DNA of 61,074 nucleotides, counting the filler, from a bacterium (GTDB lineage Bacteria; UBP15; UBA6099; JAJRTR01), in NCBI GenBank assembly GCA_024278215.1. It is 6 parts of 6 records of this genome, joined end to end, with 100 filler letters (N's around TTAATTAATTAA, not from the genome) between each part and the next. Parts side by side here need not be neighbours in the genome. Positions count along the whole stretch, not along the records: positions 50,533 to 61,074 come from JAJRTR010000126.1; 5 more parts are not named here. One strand, written 5' to 3'. The notes beneath the pieces are model-generated. The model saw nothing but the letters and a program-made list of their open reading frames with translations. It ran no database searches and was not told the origin of the DNA. This document shows, one piece after another, positions 57,000-61,074 of this stretch (position 1 is its first letter; each line of letters opens with the position of its first letter). The position numbers were made by a program, and so were the translations under genes.

Positions 57000-58670
57000 T
57001 CAGTCAGTCGAACTTCTGTTTTCAACTTCGCTATATGCCGCCCGGAACCTGAAAAAGACAAACAGCAATCCCAGCGCCGAAAGGGAAAAGAACACAAGTA
57101 AAGTATATGCCGACCGTGCGACCCAACCGGCGCTTCGTGGATAGAACTTCGGCAGGTAATACCACCAGAAATCGAGCACCACCGCGCGCCGCGGCCTGTC
57201 AAGTTGCGGCACAGCATAGGGCATCAGGCCCTTCCACGGGAAATCAGACTGCATCTTTTTCCTCAGCGCGCCGGGTTCGAGACGCCTGTCTTTCACTATA
57301 TGTTTCAACAGCCACCAGTGCCCCGCGAGCGGTGAAAATTCCGGCACATAATGCGGATTCAGCAGATCGTCTCTTTTGTCGATCCGGCCCGGGTTACCGG
57401 AGTCGTAGTACATGTCGTAAGGCACTTGAGTTTTCATTATCAGAAGATACTCGTTGTAATTCACTACGACACCTAGCGCCTGTACGAATATCGACACGGC
57501 TGCCAGAGCCGCCACCGCCGCGACAACTACTTTATTCAACGACTCACCCGGCGGCGGCGCGAGCAAGTTGCCCAGTGGCAACACCAGCAGCGGTATCAGC
57601 GGCACAAGGAACCTTGGTCCCCAGCTATAGTCGCCGTGCCACTGGTTCCACATCGCGAAAACCGCCACGACCGGCAGGCTGATGAAAATGATCAACCATC
57701 CTTCGCCGGGATACCTTTTCACAAAACCCGGCAAAGCCGCCACCGCCGCTATCAATACCGGCGCATAAAAAAACAGCCCCTTGCCCGAACTCAGCAGCAG
57801 GCCGTGAACACCCGTGAGCAGCGGCATGCTGAAACCGTAAAGCGTCTCTCTGTCCCGGAGCACCATGTATCCCGTCTCGAAAATATCGCCGAAGCGGATG
57901 TAATTGTAGCCGAGAATTACCGCCGCCCAGAAGCCGAGCATAAGCACGAATGATATGAGATCGACAGCCGGCCTGCGCGACTTCTTTGCCGCAAGGCAGA
58001 CGAGCAGATACACACCGGCCGGCACAATAACAACCGCAAGCGCCAGCTTTGTCGCCGCCAGCAGCCCCAGAAAAAAGCCCGCCGACGGCGCACCCGGCAG
58101 CCCGCCCTCTCCCTGCCCCACAAGCAGCAGGCTGTGGAACGCCCCGATCAGCGCCAGCGCTTGCAGCGGCTCGCTGAAAAGCCACTTCGTGTGCGGCCAC
58201 AACAGTGTGCACAGTCCCGCGACAATCGTCACGGTAAGCGACACGCGCGAACCGTATCCCAGCCTCAGGCAGGTCAAAAATATCAGCACGCATATCGCCG
58301 CCCCGAGCAGCGGCGATGTAAACGCGGTAACAAAAAACAGGAACGTGTCTGCATGAACCGATTTGTTGTATTTCGACAGGTAAGACGCGAGCATGTAGGC
58401 AGGCGTTTCCGCAATCGACTGGCCGACCCCGAACTTCGACACGGGATTATTATTTATGCCCGGCACAAGTACGACATTCGATTCGTGCGCGAGGAAAGCG
58501 TCGCCGTCGTCGACCAGGCTGCGCGTGGCGAGGAACATGCCCCACGCGTCGCCGCCCGTCGGCAGACCCTGTATAGTCAGCGAATAGAGACAGAAAAAAA
58601 ATACGAAAATCAGCAGCGCCGCGCCCGGCGGACCGCTTTTCCCCGCTCCACTATTCAAACCTCTCATCAC
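57000..58670 (-). CDS. GT-C fold glycosyltransferase-like membrane protein (paralogue of 21878-23461)
   Basis: GGD after TM1, SKFGVGQS, WPHTKWLFSEP, YNYIRFG, GLLLSSGKGLFFYAP, WHGDYSWGPRFL, FSPLAGH, DFWW. Confidence 0.75.
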   Translation of the reverse strand: MMRGLNSGAGKSGPPGAALLIFVFFFCLYSLTIQGLPTGGDAWGMFLATRSLVDDGDAFLAHESNVVLVPGINNNPVSKFGVGQSIAETPAYMLASYLSKYNKSVHADTFLFFVTAFTSPLLGAAICVLIFLTCLRLGYGSRVSLTVTIVAGLCTLLWPHTKWLFSEPLQALALIGAFHSLLLVGQGEGGLPGAPSAGFFLGLLAATKLALAVVIVPAGVYLLVCLAAKKSRRPAVDLISFVLMLGFWAAVILGYNYIRFGDIFETGYMVLRDRETLYGFSMPLLTGVHGLLLSSGKGLFFYAPVLIAAVAALPGFVKRYPGEGWLIIFISLPVVAVFAMWNQWHGDYSWGPRFLVPLIPLLVLPLGNLLAPPPGESLNKVVVAAVAALAAVSIFVQALGVVVNYNEYLLIMKTQVPYDMYYDSGNPGRIDKRDDLLNPHYVPEFSPLAGHWWLLKHIVKDRRLEPGALRKKMQSDFPWKGLMPYAVPQLDRPRRAVVLDFWWYYLPKFYPRSAGWVARSAYTLLVFFSLSALGLLFVFFRFRAAYSEVENRSSTD

Positions 58671-58893
58671 GATAGTATTCTATCCGCTATGTGGTTTTAT
58701 AGGAAGAGACACCCCGCATACGCTTTGCGAAAAGCGGAGACGCCGCCGGTAATGCCTTCATAAAAAACATGAATCAGCGCATGTTTTGAAAAGAGCCGCG
58801 TAATTGTTTAGAATTCATTTGGGAATTGAATCATACACACGCGGCGCTTATGCGTCGGCACAAATGCGATGGGCGGGAGAGCGAGGGCAAGTT

Positions 58894-59931
58894 ATGGATT
58901 TATCAAGTTTCGATCTCAGGACACTCGACGATCTGGCAAAACTACCGTGGTTTGAAAAACGCGGCGACGGCCATATCTGGATGAAAGAAGGCGCGGACTG
59001 CCCGCCCATCGGCGACGATCATTCACATCTCGGATGGAGCTACCTGTTCGGCAGGGTGATAGATCACCTCAAGGCTCCGCTCCCGACGGAGTATTACTAC
59101 GACTTCACGATTCCGGCTCCCGCCGACATTCTCAAGGAACAGGGCCACCCGACAAAGAAGGAACTGAAAATGATAGAGCTGGACAGCTATCTCGTCATAG
59201 GCCGCTGTCCGCCGATCTCGAAAACGCAGACCGTACCCAACCTGCTCGCTGAAATGGAACGATTCAACGTTCGCTGGATAGCCAGCGCGCCTATCGAGAT
59301 TCCATTACGCTCGCGGCACGCGCGCCAGACGGTCGCCGCATGTAAAACCGATCCGCGCCTCATCGCTTATGCCGGCGTCCACCCGCAGACACCGACTTTC
59401 AGACAGCGCATCAAAGACCAGGTTGCCGACGGCGCGCTGGGGCTCAAATATCACCCCGAATTCCAGTTCTGCCCGCCCGACCATCCGCGTGCCCTGCGCA
59501 TATTCGAGGTGTGCGAAGAACTCGGCCTGCCGGTGCTCTGCCACTCGGGCTGCACAGGCCAGGAACCGCCCTTCATGCAGAAACTCGCCTCGATGGACCG
59601 CTATAGAGTTGTTTTCGAGACATTCCCGAAACTGAATTTCATTCTGGGCCACTCCGGACTGCGCAACACCGAAGAGGCCATCGCCTACGCCAACGAATTC
59701 CCGCAGGTATGGCTCGATCTCGCGGGCCAGACTACGCCGCAGATAGAATTGGTTCTGAAAAAAGCCGACCACGACCGCATCCTCTACGGCTCCGACTGGC
59801 CCTTCTACCCCATGGCCGTCACCATCGCCCGCACTCTTATGGCGCTCGAAAAATATCCGCAGTCAAAAGAAAAAGTTATGCTCACAAACATGGAACGGCT
59901 GCTGAAATTAAAAATGCCCGCGACTGTGTAG
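58894..59931 (+). CDS. Amidohydrolase family (Amidohydro_2) metalloprotein
   Basis: DDHSHLG, GLKYHPEFQ, PVLCHSG, FILGHSG, RILYGSDWPF. Confidence 0.88.
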   Translation: MDLSSFDLRTLDDLAKLPWFEKRGDGHIWMKEGADCPPIGDDHSHLGWSYLFGRVIDHLKAPLPTEYYYDFTIPAPADILKEQGHPTKKELKMIELDSYLVIGRCPPISKTQTVPNLLAEMERFNVRWIASAPIEIPLRSRHARQTVAACKTDPRLIAYAGVHPQTPTFRQRIKDQVADGALGLKYHPEFQFCPPDHPRALRIFEVCEELGLPVLCHSGCTGQEPPFMQKLASMDRYRVVFETFPKLNFILGHSGLRNTEEAIAYANEFPQVWLDLAGQTTPQIELVLKKADHDRILYGSDWPFYPMAVTIARTLMALEKYPQSKEKVMLTNMERLLKLKMPATV

Positions 59932-60002
59932 AGTGGCTTTGATTCCTGCGCCTGTCTTCATACAGCGATTTTTATTGTTCGGTGTTTTCGTTGCGCCTCT
60001 GC

Positions 60003-60899
60003 CTACTTTTTCACCCGCTTTTGTGAAATATGCGTTTTAACGCCGAACGAATCGATTTTTTTAAGAAAAGAAGAGCTTTCGATAATAGAAGAAAGAGAAA
60101 CGGCTTCGCAAAAAAGATGGAAGCCTATCAGGAACGCCAGAATAATCAGCCGGTTCGTTATCGAGAGTTCGATAATGACCAGGAATCCCAGCGCCGAGCC
60201 GAGCACATTCGAGCCTGTGTCGCCCATCATGCCTTTGCAACGAAAGTCCGTCCGTGCATAGACGAGCGTCCACAACAGGAACGGAACAAGCAGGATGTGC
60301 GTCAGCGGTGAGAAAGCGGCCCAGTCGCCGAACAGCACCCCGATCCACGTGCCGCCGTATATAACCAGGAACCCGGCGGCGAATCCTTTCACCGCACGGC
60401 CGGGCCGCACATCCAGCAGGTTTATCGAGTTCGCCGACATCGCCAGAATCAGCGTATCGGCCAGAGCGGAAAGCGTACCCTGACTATGCCAGAAATAAAA
60501 AGATACAAAGAATGACAGCGATATGCCGAAAAACAATTTCAGGATTGCCGTGGACACAACGCCGCCCGTGCGGATGCGTGAAAGATGTCCGGCCAGGCCG
60601 CCCGCCTCACGGCCCGCCACCAGATCGTCGAGCATCCCCAGCAGCCCAAAGCCGACAATGACAATGAAAAGCGACGGAATAATACATTTCGGGTCTTCGA
60701 TGGGCAGAACAGTTACCACGGCAGCCATGAGCATCGTCAGCAGCACAAAGCCTGTTCCAAGGCTCGTCGGTATGTTCCTGCCCTGAAAATTTATTCGCAC
60801 ATGGCCCGCGCGGCTCAGTGTTTTCGTCAACACTTTAAATACCGTGACACCCGCAACGACCACAGCTACATACCATATTATGATAAATACAATGTTCAT
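60003..60899 (-). CDS. MraY/WecA-like polyprenyl-phosphate sugar-phosphate transferase (Glycos_transf_4-related)
   Basis: GLLGMLDDL, ANSINLLDVRPGRA, MMGDTGSNVLG; polytopic. Confidence 0.85.
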   Translation of the reverse strand: MNIVFIIIWYVAVVVAGVTVFKVLTKTLSRAGHVRINFQGRNIPTSLGTGFVLLTMLMAAVVTVLPIEDPKCIIPSLFIVIVGFGLLGMLDDLVAGREAGGLAGHLSRIRTGGVVSTAILKLFFGISLSFFVSFYFWHSQGTLSALADTLILAMSANSINLLDVRPGRAVKGFAAGFLVIYGGTWIGVLFGDWAAFSPLTHILLVPFLLWTLVYARTDFRCKGMMGDTGSNVLGSALGFLVIIELSITNRLIILAFLIGFHLFCEAVSLSSIIESSSFLKKIDSFGVKTHISQKRVKK

Positions 60900-60933
60900 A
60901 TTTGCCGATTATCGACTGCCCTGCAATTCAAAA

Positions 60934-61074
60934 GAGCCAATTGCAAAATTCTGATTCGGCTACAGTCGGCTGCAATTGTCAACAGCTGCGTTGTCGGCAC
61001 AAAATCTTCCTCAACGTACTCTGCAAGTACGCCTGCGGTGATTTTGCACCTCCGCCTTGCTTCTGAATAATTTC
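60934..61074 (-). mobile_element. Family A repeat running off the window end
   Basis: GAGCCAATTGCAAAATTCTGATTCGGC... Confidence 0.85.

Noticed and set aside
58764-58787. AAAACATG-N8-CATGTTTT palindrome between divergent genes
   Set aside because: Single, AT-rich and without supporting context; could be chance.

Overview
Bacterial draft-genome or MAG window (moderate GC, standard code) made of six contigs joined by artificial 100-nt N/TTAATTAATTAA/N linkers (15130-15229, 31596-31695, 37860-37959, 43184-43283, 50433-50532). Adjacency across these gaps is not biological evidence. It carries a Firmicutes-style housekeeping cluster (efp-asp23-amaP-DUF2273-nusB-xseA-xseB, then secA) together with diderm envelope genes (a porin and an 877-aa LptC/LptA-like fusion). 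It also has anaerobic enzymes (AOR, UroD/MtaA-like, Fe-S nitroreductase, a fragment of ADP-forming acyl-CoA ligase), two orphan EF-G paralogues, and many envelope-glycan genes: five GT-C-fold transferases (including TMTC-like and TMEM260-like TPR proteins), two GT4s, AlkP-superfamily enzymes and CysC. Intergenic DNA holds at least four families of short non-autonomous repeats that cluster together. Top observations: (1) two contig ends (37859 and 50533) overlap by 4 nt and join in frame into a ~555-aa kinase-methyltransferase, which reconstructs a phosphodiesterase-cysC-GT4-kinase/MTase-GT4 glycan-modification locus; (2) a single-chain multi-module LptC-LptA bridge directly downstream of a GT-C gene; (3) a near-identical C-terminal KRLEDLGY tail on two unrelated enzymes; (4) a DUF202 membrane protein with about 20 Arg-Thr heptads. 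No tRNA, rRNA or CRISPR array was recognised. All family calls come from motifs read by eye, not from database searches.
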